Positions 9,523-21,300 of a stretch of DNA of 64,000 nt are shown piece by piece. The stretch comes from an uncultured Bacteroidales bacterium (lineage in GTDB: Bacteria; Bacteroidota; Bacteroidia; Bacteroidales; GWA2-32-17). The notes beneath the pieces are model-generated. The model saw only the letters and a program-made list of their open reading frames with translations. It made no database searches and was not told the DNA's origin. Positions within the stretch are counted from its first letter, which is position 1, and every line of letters begins with the position of its first letter. Made by a program: the position numbers and the translations under genes. Location: positions 5,096 through 69,095 of the forward strand of contig CAYSIN010000001.1 in assembly GCA_964431135.1 (NCBI GenBank), given 5' to 3'.

Positions 9523-10122
9523 TTATGGGAACATATTTTTTTCTACTATTTCGCACAAAATATGTCCAATCAAAATATGCGATTCCTGTATTCGTGGCGT
9601 ATCGGTGGAAGGTACGCTAATCATCAAATCACTTAACGATATTATATTCGCAGTATTCATCCCCGTCATGGCAACCGTTGTAACACCTTTTTCACGGGCT
9701 ACTTCAAAGGCACGAAGAATGTTTTTTGAATTTCCCGAGGTGGACAACCCTACCAGCGTATCGCCGGGTTGAGCAAATCCATGAACATAACGGGCAAACA
9801 CTTCTTGATAGCCGTAATCGTTGGCAACGGCGGTAAGATAAGATGTATTCACATGCAACGCTTCGCTAGGCAATGGTTGTCTGTCAAAATAATATCTTCC
9901 TGAAAGTTCAGACGCAATATGCTGGGCATCGGCAGCACTTCCACCATTACCGCAAAACCACACTTTATTCCCGTGCTTAAAGGTTTCTGTCCACAATGTC
10001 GCTACTTGCGAAATGGTTTCGAGCAATGCGGTGTTTTTTAGCAAAAGTTCTTTTATCTGAATGCTTTGCAGAATGCGTTGTACAACTATTTCCACTTGAC
10101 CAGATGACGATGATTTATCCAT
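9523..10122 (-). CDS. gmhA: D-sedoheptulose-7-phosphate isomerase (SIS domain)
   Basis: WFCGNGGSAADAQHIASEL, STSGNS and SIS-fold motifs. Start revised to ATG 10122 (MDKSSSS...), giving 199 aa, typical for GmhA. It overlaps the upstream stop by 8 nt (ATGGATAA). Confidence 0.85.
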   Translation of the reverse strand: MDKSSSSGQVEIVVQRILQSIQIKELLLKNTALLETISQVATLWTETFKHGNKVWFCGNGGSAADAQHIASELSGRYYFDRQPLPSEALHVNTSYLTAVANDYGYQEVFARYVHGFAQPGDTLVGLSTSGNSKNILRAFEVAREKGVTTVAMTGMNTANIISLSDLMISVPSTDTPRIQESHILIGHILCEIVEKNMFP

Positions 10123-11278
10123 TGAACGTATTATTTCGATAAGAAAGTTTGGAATATAAAATATGAATGGTCTCTTCCATTCGTTTCCATGAATATTTAT
10201 TTTTTTCGATGGCTGCCATGGTTGAAAAATCTTTTTCCTTATGCTCCGTATAGAATTTTGTAATGGCTTGTGCAATGGCTGTCGGTTCGGGCGGAACCAC
10301 ATATCCTACTTTCCCATGTTGAACCATTTCGGGCAACCCACCCACTTTGGTAACAATCATGGGCTTATTAAAGTGATAGGCTATTTGAGTTACACCGCTT
10401 TGTGTTGCATCCTTATAGGGTTGTACTACCATATCGGCAGCACAAAAGAAATAGGGTACCATTTCGTCGGGAATGAATTGTGCATAGATATGGAATTTTT
10501 GAGTTAATCCGTATTGTTCTATCATTGCTCTGTATTTTGCTTCATCCGAATAAAATTCGCCTGCTACGAGCACATCAAAATTGACGGGCATGGATTGTGT
10601 TAAGTGTACGGCTTCTATGAGCAAGTCCAAACCCTTATAATCGCGAACAAGCCCAAAAAATAAAATGTAATTTTTATTGATATTCAATTGTAATGATTTT
10701 TTGGCATCTTCTTTGGAAAGTGGTTTTCCATAATGGTCAAACAACGGGTGTGGACAATATTCTATCTGTTTGTTCTTATATTTTTTTTCAATTTCCGCTT
10801 TTACACTGTGCGACATAACAATACATCCATCCACGGCTTTAATGAAGTAACCCGCAAGCATTTTATCCGTTACTTTTTTTTCGTGTGGTATAAAATTATC
10901 TACCAGGGCAATGATTTTTGTTTGTTTGTTTTTTTTAATCTTACGAATAATAGTACCAAACGCAGGTGCCAGATAGGGTAACCAATAGCGAACCATTACC
11001 AAATCAGGTTTTGCTTTTTTTATTTCACGTCCTACGGCATGCCAGTTAAATGGATTAATAGAATTAATACGTCTTTTAATATTCAAATCGGGAGGCTTTG
11101 ATTGTTCGGAAAATTGTGTCTTGCCCGGAAAAAAAAGTTTGGGATATTGCAATGAAAAGGTGTAAAGGGTAACTGTTATGCCAGATTTAATAAATTCCTG
11201 TGCTAACCGTTCATTGGTAGCGGCTATTCCTCCACGATAAGGATAAGCAGGACCTATAATAATTACATTGCGAATCAA
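10115..11278 (-). CDS. Glycosyltransferase, GT4 (group 1) family
   Basis: GT-B type sequence with C-terminal ...PYKDATQSGV...GGLPEMV motif. Start moved to TTG 11278 (M-IRNVIIIGPAYPYRGG, typical GT4 N-terminus), because a -7 box lies inside the longer ATG-11326 version. Confidence 0.75.
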   Translation of the reverse strand: MIRNVIIIGPAYPYRGGIAATNERLAQEFIKSGITVTLYTFSLQYPKLFFPGKTQFSEQSKPPDLNIKRRINSINPFNWHAVGREIKKAKPDLVMVRYWLPYLAPAFGTIIRKIKKNKQTKIIALVDNFIPHEKKVTDKMLAGYFIKAVDGCIVMSHSVKAEIEKKYKNKQIEYCPHPLFDHYGKPLSKEDAKKSLQLNINKNYILFFGLVRDYKGLDLLIEAVHLTQSMPVNFDVLVAGEFYSDEAKYRAMIEQYGLTQKFHIYAQFIPDEMVPYFFCAADMVVQPYKDATQSGVTQIAYHFNKPMIVTKVGGLPEMVQHGKVGYVVPPEPTAIAQAITKFYTEHKEKDFSTMAAIEKNKYSWKRMEETIHILYSKLSYRNNTFNG

Positions 11279-11296
11279 AGCCAAATAATTTTCAAG

Positions 11297-11304
11297 CAAA
11301 ATTA
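11297..11304 (-). promoter_or_regulatory. Candidate -7 box (TAATTTTG) for the GT4-gmhA unit
   Basis: Reverse complement TAATTTTG, 18 nt upstream of TTG 11278. Confidence 0.35.
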
Positions 11305-11326
11305 AGGAATATTTTTTTAAAATCAT

Positions 11327-11334
11327 TACTTTTG
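11327..11334 (+). promoter_or_regulatory. Candidate -7 box (TACTTTTG) for the GT2 gene
   Basis: TACTTTTG, 16 nt upstream of ATG 11351. Back to back with the divergent box at 11297-11304. Confidence 0.35.
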
Positions 11335-11350
11335 TTTTTTTATTTGAAGA

Positions 11351-12262
11351 ATGATGTATCGAATTTCATATATAATATGCACATACAATCGTGCTGTATA
11401 TTTAAAAAAAGCGCTGACAGCCTTGACACTGCAAACATATCACAACCCTCAAGAATATGAAATAGTAGTGATAGACAACAATTCTACCGATAACACCGAA
11501 GAAGTAGTTCATCATTTCAAACTGGAACATCCAATGTTGGCTATTACTTATGCTAAAGAAGAAAAGCAGGGACTGTCGCATGCACGCAACAAAGGCATTG
11601 AAGTTTCCAAAGGAGAATGGCTTGCTTTTTTAGACGATGATGCCTATATACATCCCGATTATACCAACTATGTAATGGCATTTATTCATGACCACATAGA
11701 TGTCAAAGCCATAGGAGGACCTATTCTGTTGGATTTCGAAAGCAAGCCACCTGCGTGGTACACCCCTTATCTCGGTTCTTTATTCGGTTATTTTAAGCCA
11801 TATCAAGTTACTATGGCTTTTTCAAAAAAAAGTTATCCGCGCGGTTCCAATATGATTTTTCATCGTTCGCTGTTTGATGTATATGGACTTTTTAATCCAG
11901 ACCTTGGACGTACAGGGAATAATATGCTGGGAAGTGAAGAAAAAGACATGTTTCAACGAATCTATCAAGGCAACGAACGGGTATATTATTTAAGCAATGC
12001 CATCATCTATCATCTTGTACCCGATTTTAGAACCACCCCTATTTTTATTAAAAAACAAGCCATAGGCGTTGGCAAAAGCGAACGTATTCGTATCCGTCAA
12101 AGCAAAAGGCAACTGTTTAAGAAAATAATGGATGAGTTGATAAAATGGGCTGCTTCGATGGTATTATTCTTTTTTTATACGCTTGCATTTACACCCTCCA
12201 AAGGAATAATGCTGTTACGGTTTCGCTATTGGGTGTTAAAAGGATTGTGTATGAAAACTTAA
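11351..12262 (+). CDS. Glycosyltransferase family 2
   Basis: 303 aa. YIICTYNRAVYLKKAL..., VVIDNNSTDNT, FLDDDA (DxD) motifs of GT-A GT2 enzymes. Confidence 0.85.
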   Translation: MMYRISYIICTYNRAVYLKKALTALTLQTYHNPQEYEIVVIDNNSTDNTEEVVHHFKLEHPMLAITYAKEEKQGLSHARNKGIEVSKGEWLAFLDDDAYIHPDYTNYVMAFIHDHIDVKAIGGPILLDFESKPPAWYTPYLGSLFGYFKPYQVTMAFSKKSYPRGSNMIFHRSLFDVYGLFNPDLGRTGNNMLGSEEKDMFQRIYQGNERVYYLSNAIIYHLVPDFRTTPIFIKKQAIGVGKSERIRIRQSKRQLFKKIMDELIKWAASMVLFFFYTLAFTPSKGIMLLRFRYWVLKGLCMKT

Positions 12263-12317
12263 AACATACTATAAATAAAAAATTTATGAAAATTTTTTTT
12301 TGTTAATAAATATTGTG

Positions 12318-12325
12318 TATATTTG
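12318..12325 (+). promoter_or_regulatory. Candidate -7 box (TATATTTG) for the giant adhesin gene
   Basis: TATATTTG, 21 nt upstream of ATG 12347. Confidence 0.4.
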
Positions 12326-12346
12326 CTTAATTAAATTTTTTAATTT

Positions 12347-15300
12347 ATGAAAAAATATTTATTTTCTATTGTACTGATATTCAGTATGTTAAATTTTTAT
12401 GGACAAGCATACCTTATCAGTTCAGGAGGAACTGTTTCTACCTGTTCGGGTTATTTTTACGATAGCGGTGGTAGCGGAGGTACATACCAGAACGATGAAA
12501 ACTATACCATGACGATATGCTCAAGTAATGGTGGGCACATTGTTGCTACATTTACTGCTTTCAATACAGAAGCAAGTTATGATTATTTATATATATATAA
12601 TGGACCGAATACAGGCAGTCCATTAATAGGTTCTTATAACGGCACTACATCACCTGGCACTATTACTTCCAGTGGAACCTGTCTTACTTTTGTGTTTACT
12701 TCTGATGTTAGTGTAATGTATGATGGATGGGCTGCAACATTATCTTGTACCACACCAGTTGCTCCAAATACACAGGATTGTGCAGGGGCAATACCATTAT
12801 GCTTTTCTACTTATTCCACTACTGCTTCTTATTCTGGTCAGGGAAATTTCCCAACTGAAATTCCAACACATTTACCATATTCAGACGACATGTGTCCCGG
12901 CAATTGTTTACTGGCAGGAGAACTTAACGATGTTTGGTACACATTTACCGTTCAAACTTCTGGAACACTTACATTTCAGATTACTCCCAATAGTAGCGGT
13001 GATGATTATGATTGGGCGGTATATAATTTAACCAATGCCGAATGTGCAGATATTTATTCGAACCCAAGTTTGCAGGTAAGTTGTAATTTTTGCGGTGTAC
13101 CAGGAGCGACAGGTCCTACCGGTGGAGGTTCTTCTTCGTGTATGTATGGCGACCCGGCTTATTGTACAACTTACAATTCTGCTATTAGTGTAACTGCTGG
13201 ACAAACATACGTGGTTAATGTAAGTAATTTCAGTTCAACACAAAATGGATATAGTATTACTTTTGGAGGTACGGCTCAAGTAGTGGACAATACAGGTCCA
13301 TATTTGTACAATGTTGTTCAATCGCCGGCATGTGGACAAAATCAGGTTATCATTCGTTTCAGTGAAAATGTGTCATGCACTACGGTGCAGGCATCCGATT
13401 TTACTATCAGCGGTCCAGGTGGACCCTATACCGTTACATCTGTGAGTGGTGCTATTTGTGCTGCTGGGGGCAGTTACGAAAGAGATTATGTATTAACAGT
13501 AAGCCCTGCTTTTGTACAAGGAGGAACCTATACTATTAGTTTAGTAAGTAATTCTGTTTCTGATATATGTTCACATCCAACCGGTGGGCAAAATTTGACC
13601 TTCAGCGTTACCGGTGTAACTGCTTCGGCTTCGGTAGTAAGTAATGTTTCATGTTATGGTGGAAATAATGGCTCTGCAACGGCAAGCGGTTCAGGCGGCA
13701 CTTCTCCATATTCTTACTCATGGAGCAATGGTTCTACGTTGGCAAATCCAACCGGTTTGGCTGCAGGAACTTATACCGTTACGGTAAGAGATGCCAATGG
13801 CGTTTGTAATGCAACGGCACAAATCACAATAACACAACCTACAATACTTGCCGCTACCATTAGTTCTTCACCTGTTTTATGTAATGGTGGAAGTACCGGT
13901 TCTGCAAGCGTAAGTCCTTCTGGCGGAACGTCTCCTTATTCATATTTATGGAGTAACAGTTCCACCGCATCTTCTATTTCCGGTTTATCACAAGGAACTT
14001 ATTCTGTTACAATAACTGATAATAAGGGTTGCACTTTGGTAAAAAGTACCACAGTATCTCAACCAACAGCGTTATCTGTTTCAACATCTCAGACAAATGT
14101 GAGTTGCAATGGAGGGAATAACGGCAGTGCAACTGTTTCGGTAAGTGGAGGCACTCCCTTATATTCATACACATGGAGTAACGGTCAATCAACAGCAACA
14201 GCATCAGGTTTAACGTCGGGCACATACACCGTTACAATTCGTGATGCCAATAGTTGTTCAACAACGCGTACTTTCACTATTACACAGCCCGCTACTTTGA
14301 CTTCTTCCATTGCCTCGCAAACAAATGTTTCCTGTTTTGGTGGCTCAACAGGCTCTGCAACAGTAACACAAAGCGGTGGCACTTCTCCTTATAATTATAC
14401 ATGGTCCAATAGTCAAACCACACAAACTGCTACAGGATTAACAGCCGGTACTTATACTGTTACTGTTAGAGATGCCAATAATTGTACTTCTATTTCGTTG
14501 GTAACAATCTCGCAACCAACTGCGGTGAGTGTTGGCATTTCGGGTTCAAATGTAACCTGTAACGGTAGCAGTACAGGAAGCGCTACTGCAAATCCTACTG
14601 GTGGAACGCCAACCTATACCTATTTATGGTCCAACAGTCAAACATCGCAAACCATTTCGGGACTTGCTGCCGGTACTTATACGGTTACAGTCCATGATAT
14701 CAATAATTGTTCGGCTGTAAACAGCATAACCATAACACAACCATCAACATTAACTTCTTCCATTTCATCACAAACAAATGTAAGTTGTAACGGTGGCAAT
14801 AATGGAACGGCAACCGTAACAGGAAGTGGTGGTACACCTTCTTATACTTACACCTGGTCTAATAGTCAAACATCACAAACAGCCACAGGATTGTCTTCGG
14901 GAACTTACTATGTTACTGTAAAGGACACTCATAATTGTACTTCGGTATCGTCTGTTACCATTACGCAACCCGCAGCACTGTCCGTAAGCATGACAAAGAC
15001 TAATGTTGCTTGTAATGGTGGAAGTACAGGCAGTGCAACAGCAACACCAACAGGCGGAACACCGGGCTATTCTTATCAATGGACTGGTGGACAAACAACA
15101 CAAACTATTTCAGGATTGTCAGCAGGAACTTATTATGTTACGGTGAGAGATGCCAACAATTGTTCACAAGTAAATTCTATTTCCATAACACAGCCAACTG
15201 CTGTAAGTGCCAGCATTTCATCTTCCACTAATGTAAGTTGTAATGGCGGTAATAATGGAACGGCAACAGTAAATGCAACAGGTGGTACACCGTCCTATAC

Positions 15301-18300
15301 TTATAATTGGTCAAACAGTCAAACTACGGCTACTGCTACTAGTCTGGCAGCAGGAACATATAATGTAACCGTATATGATGCGAACAATTGCACTTCTACT
15401 ACTTCAGTAAGTATTACCCAACCGGCTGTTTTAAATGCAACGTTATCTTCTACTAATACCAGTTGCTATGGTGGTTCAAATGGAAGTGCCACAGCAACAC
15501 CCACAGGAGGTACCGGCCCTTATACTTATTTATGGGTTCCTGGCGGACAAACAGGTTCAACAGCAACGAATTTAAGTGCAGGTACCTATAATGTAACTAT
15601 TACTGATATTAAAGGATGTACAAAAACAGGCTCTGTAACGGTATCACAACCAGCATCTCTGACACTTACTATGAGCAAAACAGATGCTACTTGTGGTAAC
15701 AGTAACGGAAGTGCTTCTGTTTCGGTAAGTGGAGGGACACCTTCTTATTCATATTTATGGTCTAACAGTGCTACTACAATTTCTATAACCAATGTACCTG
15801 CTGGTACTTATTCAGTAACCGTAACTGACAGTCATAGTTGTACCAATGTAAATAACGTGGCAGTAAATAATTCCGGTGCTCCGGTTGTAACCGTAAATTC
15901 AGTTACAAATGTTACTTGTAACGGTGGCTCAACTGGTGGAGCCAGTATTTCTGCCAGTGGTGGAACACCATCTTATTCGTATCACTGGTCTAATGGTGCA
16001 ACAACAACATCCATATCTAATGTAGCAGCAGGAACTTATTCTATTACTGTAACCGATGCATTGACATGTATAGGTACGGCTTCAGTAACTATTACTCAAC
16101 CGTCAGCAGTAGTAGCAACTATTACAAGTAATATCAGTCCATTGTGCAATGGTGCTTCCAATGGAAGTGCTACGGTAAGCGCTTCCGGTGGAACACCCGG
16201 ATATAATTATCAATGGTCTAATGGACAAACAACTGTAACTGCTATAAATTTGGCAGCGGGCACATACAGTGTTACAGTTAAGGATACCCATAATTGTACA
16301 ACAACAACTTCCGTAACTGTCACTCAACCAACTGTTGTTACCTCATCCATCACTTCATCATCCAATGTTAGTTGCAATGGAGGTGCTAATGGTAGTGCAA
16401 CTGCTTCTGGAAGTGGTGGTACACCTGGTTATACCTATGGATGGTCCAGCGGCGCTAGTTCGGCTACAGCATCGGGATTAAGTGCAGGCACTTATTATGT
16501 TACTGTAAAAGATGTCAACAATTGTTCTTCAATATCTTCTGTAACTATATCGCAACCTGCGGCACTAACTTCCACTTTCAACACAACCAACGTAAATTGC
16601 AATGGTGGTTCGAATGGCTCATTAACTGTTAATCCAACAGGTGGGACATCACCTTATACCTATTCGTGGTCAAACAGTCAAACAACACAAACCATTAACG
16701 GACTGATAGCAGGTACATATTCTGTTACCATTACTGATAGTCATAGTTGTACCATGGTCAACAGTGCAACTGTTACTCAACCCACCACGTTAACTTCTTC
16801 CATTACTGCTCAAACCAACGTATCATGTAATGGCGGAAACAATGGAAGTGCTACGGTAACAGCCACGGGAGGAACAACAAATTATTCCTATCTATGGTCT
16901 AACAGTGCAACTACAAGTTCTATAACGAATGTTACTGCTGGTACTTATTCTGTGACGGTAACCGATGCGCACTTGTGCACCAATACTTCTTCGGTTACTA
17001 TTACACAGCCATCAGTAATTACTGCAACAACGTCTGGAACAAGTGTTCTTTGCAACGGTGGAAATACAGGAACGGCTTCTGTTGCTGCCAGTGGAGGAAC
17101 ACCGGGATATACCTATCTTTGGTCAACTACTGCAACCACTTCATCCATTAGTGGATTAGCGGCAGGTACTTATTCCGTCACCATTCGCGATGCTAACAAT
17201 TGTTCCAAAATTGCAACCTATACCGTAACTCAACCTGCTGTATTAACTGCTACCATATCATCATCAACACAAGTTTCATGTTATGGAGGAAACAATGGTG
17301 CAGCAACAGTTAGTGTATCAGGTGGAACTACAGCATATTCATATTTATGGTCATCGGGACAAACAACGGCTATGGTTAATGGATTGGTTGCCGGAACCTA
17401 TACCGTAACAGTTAGAGATGCCAACAATTGTTCTACAACGGCTAATGTTACCATCAATCAACCAACTCAACTTATATCTACCATGGGAATTCCTACTAAT
17501 GTTTCGTGTAATGGTGGAAATAACGGAACTGTTACTGTTACAGCATCAGGAGGAAGCCCAACGTATTCGTACCTTTGGTCGAATGGGCAAACTGCAGCAA
17601 CAGCCTCCAATTTAACTGCAAATTCGTATTCAGTCACCATAACCGATTCTCATAGTTGCACTTCAACGGCAAGTGTTACCATAACGCAACCGGCTGTTTT
17701 AACTTCCAGTATTTCTGCTTCAAACCAAGTAACATGCTTTGGAACAGCAACAGGTTCTGCAACTGTAACACAAAGCGGTGGCACATCACCTTATTCTTAC
17801 TTATGGTCAAATAGTCAAACGACTCAAACAGCGACGGGCTTAACAGCGGGAAATTATACAGTAACCATTACTGATAATAAAGGCTGTACAACCACAAGTT
17901 CTGTTACAATAACACAACCGTCGGCACTCTCTGCCAGCATTAATTCTTCCACAAATGTATTGTGTAATGGTGGGAACAATGGTTCTGCATCGGTTAGTGT
18001 TACAGGAGGAACACCTGCGTATGTTTACAGTTGGACTACAGGGCAATCAAGTTCATCTATTACGGGGCTTACTGCCGGGAACTATACGGTAACAGTTACA
18101 GATAATAACAGTTGTACAAGTATTGCCAATGTAACCATTACTCAACCTACTGTTATTTCAATAACTATGAATTCTGTTAATGTATCCTGCCATGGTGGAA
18201 ACAATGGTTCTGCAACAGCATCGGTTTCTGGTGGTACACCTGCATATACATATATCTGGTTGCCTGGTGGAGCGGTTACATCATCTATTAACGGACTTTC

Positions 18301-21300
18301 TGCAGGGACTTATACTGTAACGGTAACTGATGATAATGGCTGTACAAAGGCTTCCGTTGTAAATATTACTGAACCTACTGCCATGACGGTTAATCCAACC
18401 GTTGCGGATGCTACTTGTGGCAATTCAAATGGAACAGCAAGCGTTACAGTTAGCGGCGGAGTTAATCCTTATTCTTATCACTGGTCAACGGGCGCAACTA
18501 CCGCATCTATTTCAGGTATTCCCGCAGGAAATTATGGCATTACTGTGAGCGATGCCAATAGTTGCAGTACCATATCTACTGTTTCCATTAATAATACAGG
18601 TGCACCTACCATTACGGTAGATAATGTAACACCTGTTGTTTGCTTTGGTGGCAGTAGTGGTTCCATATCCATTTCTGTTACAGGCGGAAGTCCAAGTTAT
18701 ACTTACAGTTGGTCTAATGGCGCAGATAGCACTTATTTGACTGGACTTACAGCAAACAATTACTCCGTCACAGTAACCGACAGTATAGGATGTCAGGCAA
18801 CGCAAAATATTACGATAACTCAACCAACGGCCATCAATGCTTCTATTATATCCGTACTGCCTCCATCATGCTATGGTTATTCTAATGGTTCTGCTTCGGC
18901 AGTAGCATCAGGTGGAACACCTTCTTATTTTTATTCGTGGTCAAATGGTGCCAATACGGCTAATGTTAATAATTTATCAGCAGGAAACTACACCGTAACT
19001 GTTACCGATTCACATGGTTGTACGACAACCGCTTCTACCAGTGTTTCTCAACCAGCAGGTATGTCTGCCATGTTGGTTTCTCAAACGAATGTTTCCTGTC
19101 ATGGAGGTAACGATGGTGCTGCTACCATTTCCGTTTCGGGTGGTACATCACCTTATACCTATTCATGGAATAATGGTTCTACATCAGCGTCTATTAGCAA
19201 TTTGATAGCAGGCAGTTATACGGTTACCATTACGGATAATAATATGTGTACGATTTCTTCCGGTGCTTCTATTATTGAACCACAAGCCATCAACATTAAT
19301 GTACCTATTTTAAATAATGTTACCTGTAATGGTTTAAGTAATGGTGCGGCATCTGTTAATGTTACAGGTGGAACCTTGCCTTATGGATATCAGTGGTCAA
19401 ACGGTTCAACTATAAATAGTATTACCAATGTGCCTGCTGGTACTTATGATTTAACTGTAACCGATGGACATTTATGTACATCAACTACCCAAATTACCAT
19501 AACAGAACCATCATCTATAATGTCCACTGTTACGCAAACAGCATCGATTAGTTGCTTTGGCGGTAATAATGGTGCAGCAACGGTCAGTGCATCAGGTGGA
19601 ATAAACCCTTATGGTTACCACTGGTCAACCAATCAAAGTACGCCAACCATTTCCAATTTAAGTGCAGGAACCTATTTCATTACGGTTAACGATTTGAACG
19701 GTTGTACCAAAGTGGACAGTATTGTTATCGTTCAGCCCACTGAAATCGTATTATCCTTTGCCGATGATTCGGTACTTTGTTATGGTGCAGTCAATGGAAA
19801 TATTGATTTGACTGTTAACGGTGGTACACCTTCTTATACATATCTTTGGAGCAATAATCAATTAAGTGAAGATATAACAGGTTTGGCGGCAGGCACTTAT
19901 ACTGTTACGGTTCACGATGCTAATCATTGTCCTATGATATCTTCTACAACTATTTATGAACCTCCAGTTTTGACCAATACCTTCAACATGATAAATTCAC
20001 ATTGCAATCTGTCAGATGGAAGTTTGCAAACCAGCGTTTCAGGCGGTGTTGGTCCTTATACTTATTTATGGGATGCACAAGCCAATGGACAAACAACATC
20101 TACTGCCATTAATTTAAGTGCTGGCACTTATTCTGTTTCGGTACACGATAGTCATGGCTGCCTGTCTGTATTTACAGGCAGTGTGTCGGATATTAATGCA
20201 CCACAACTTTCATTTAATATTGTGCAATTACCTAATTGTAATGGCGATTCTACCGGTAAAGTTTATTCAACGGTGCAAGGTGGTACTAATCCTGTTTCAC
20301 TATTATGGTCAAATGGAGTTACCGCTGATTCTATTGTGAATGTACCTGCTGGTATTTATTATTTAACGGCAACCGATGGTGCAGGTTGTATTACAATTGA
20401 TTCTGTTACAGTTACGCAACCCAATGTGTTGGCATTTAATATTGATGATGTTGTTTCACCAAGTTGTTTTGGACTTACCAATGGTTCTATTCATCTGCAT
20501 GCTGAAGGAGGTACTTTACCATATACTTATACATGGCAGGATGACCAGGGAACATCTCTTGGCAACAATTCATCCATAACAAATGTTGGCGTTGGCAATT
20601 ATTTTGTTACTGTAGTCGATTCGCATGGTTGTAGCACAATGTTAAATCTTAGTTTATCGCAGCCATCCTTATTAGTTGCAGATACGATAAGTCATATCTC
20701 TCCACTGTGTGCCAACAGCAATGATGGAATGGCTAATGTACAGGTTTCTGGTGGTACTACTCCTTATACTTATATTTGGAATGATGCTTTGCATACGCAA
20801 AATGATACATTAAGTAATGTAGATGGGAATCATTTCTATTATGTAACTGTAACTGATGCCAATGGCTGTACCATTATTGATTCAGTCTATATTACTGCAC
20901 CTGCTCCAGTCAATGCTATTGCTTCAGGATTTTCAGCCAATTGTAATTCACAAAATGGCTGGGCATACGTTCAGGCAAGTGGTGGAACATTACCTTATAC
21001 CTATTTATGGTCCACAGGTGCAAATACTGATACGGTACAAGGTTTATCCAGCGGAAATTATCATGTAACTGTTTACGACAGTCATGCATGCTCTGCAATT
21101 CAAACGGTTCAAATTACCAATCTGCCGGCTGGCAATATTGTAGTTGATTCTATTCAGGATGTTTCATGTTATGGTGAATCATCAGGCAATATTAGTATAA
21201 GCGTGAATGGTGGCACAGCACCTTATTCATATTTATGGAGTAATGGGAGTACTTCATCCTCTTTATCAGGTGTGGTTGCCGGACAATACTCTGTAACCGT

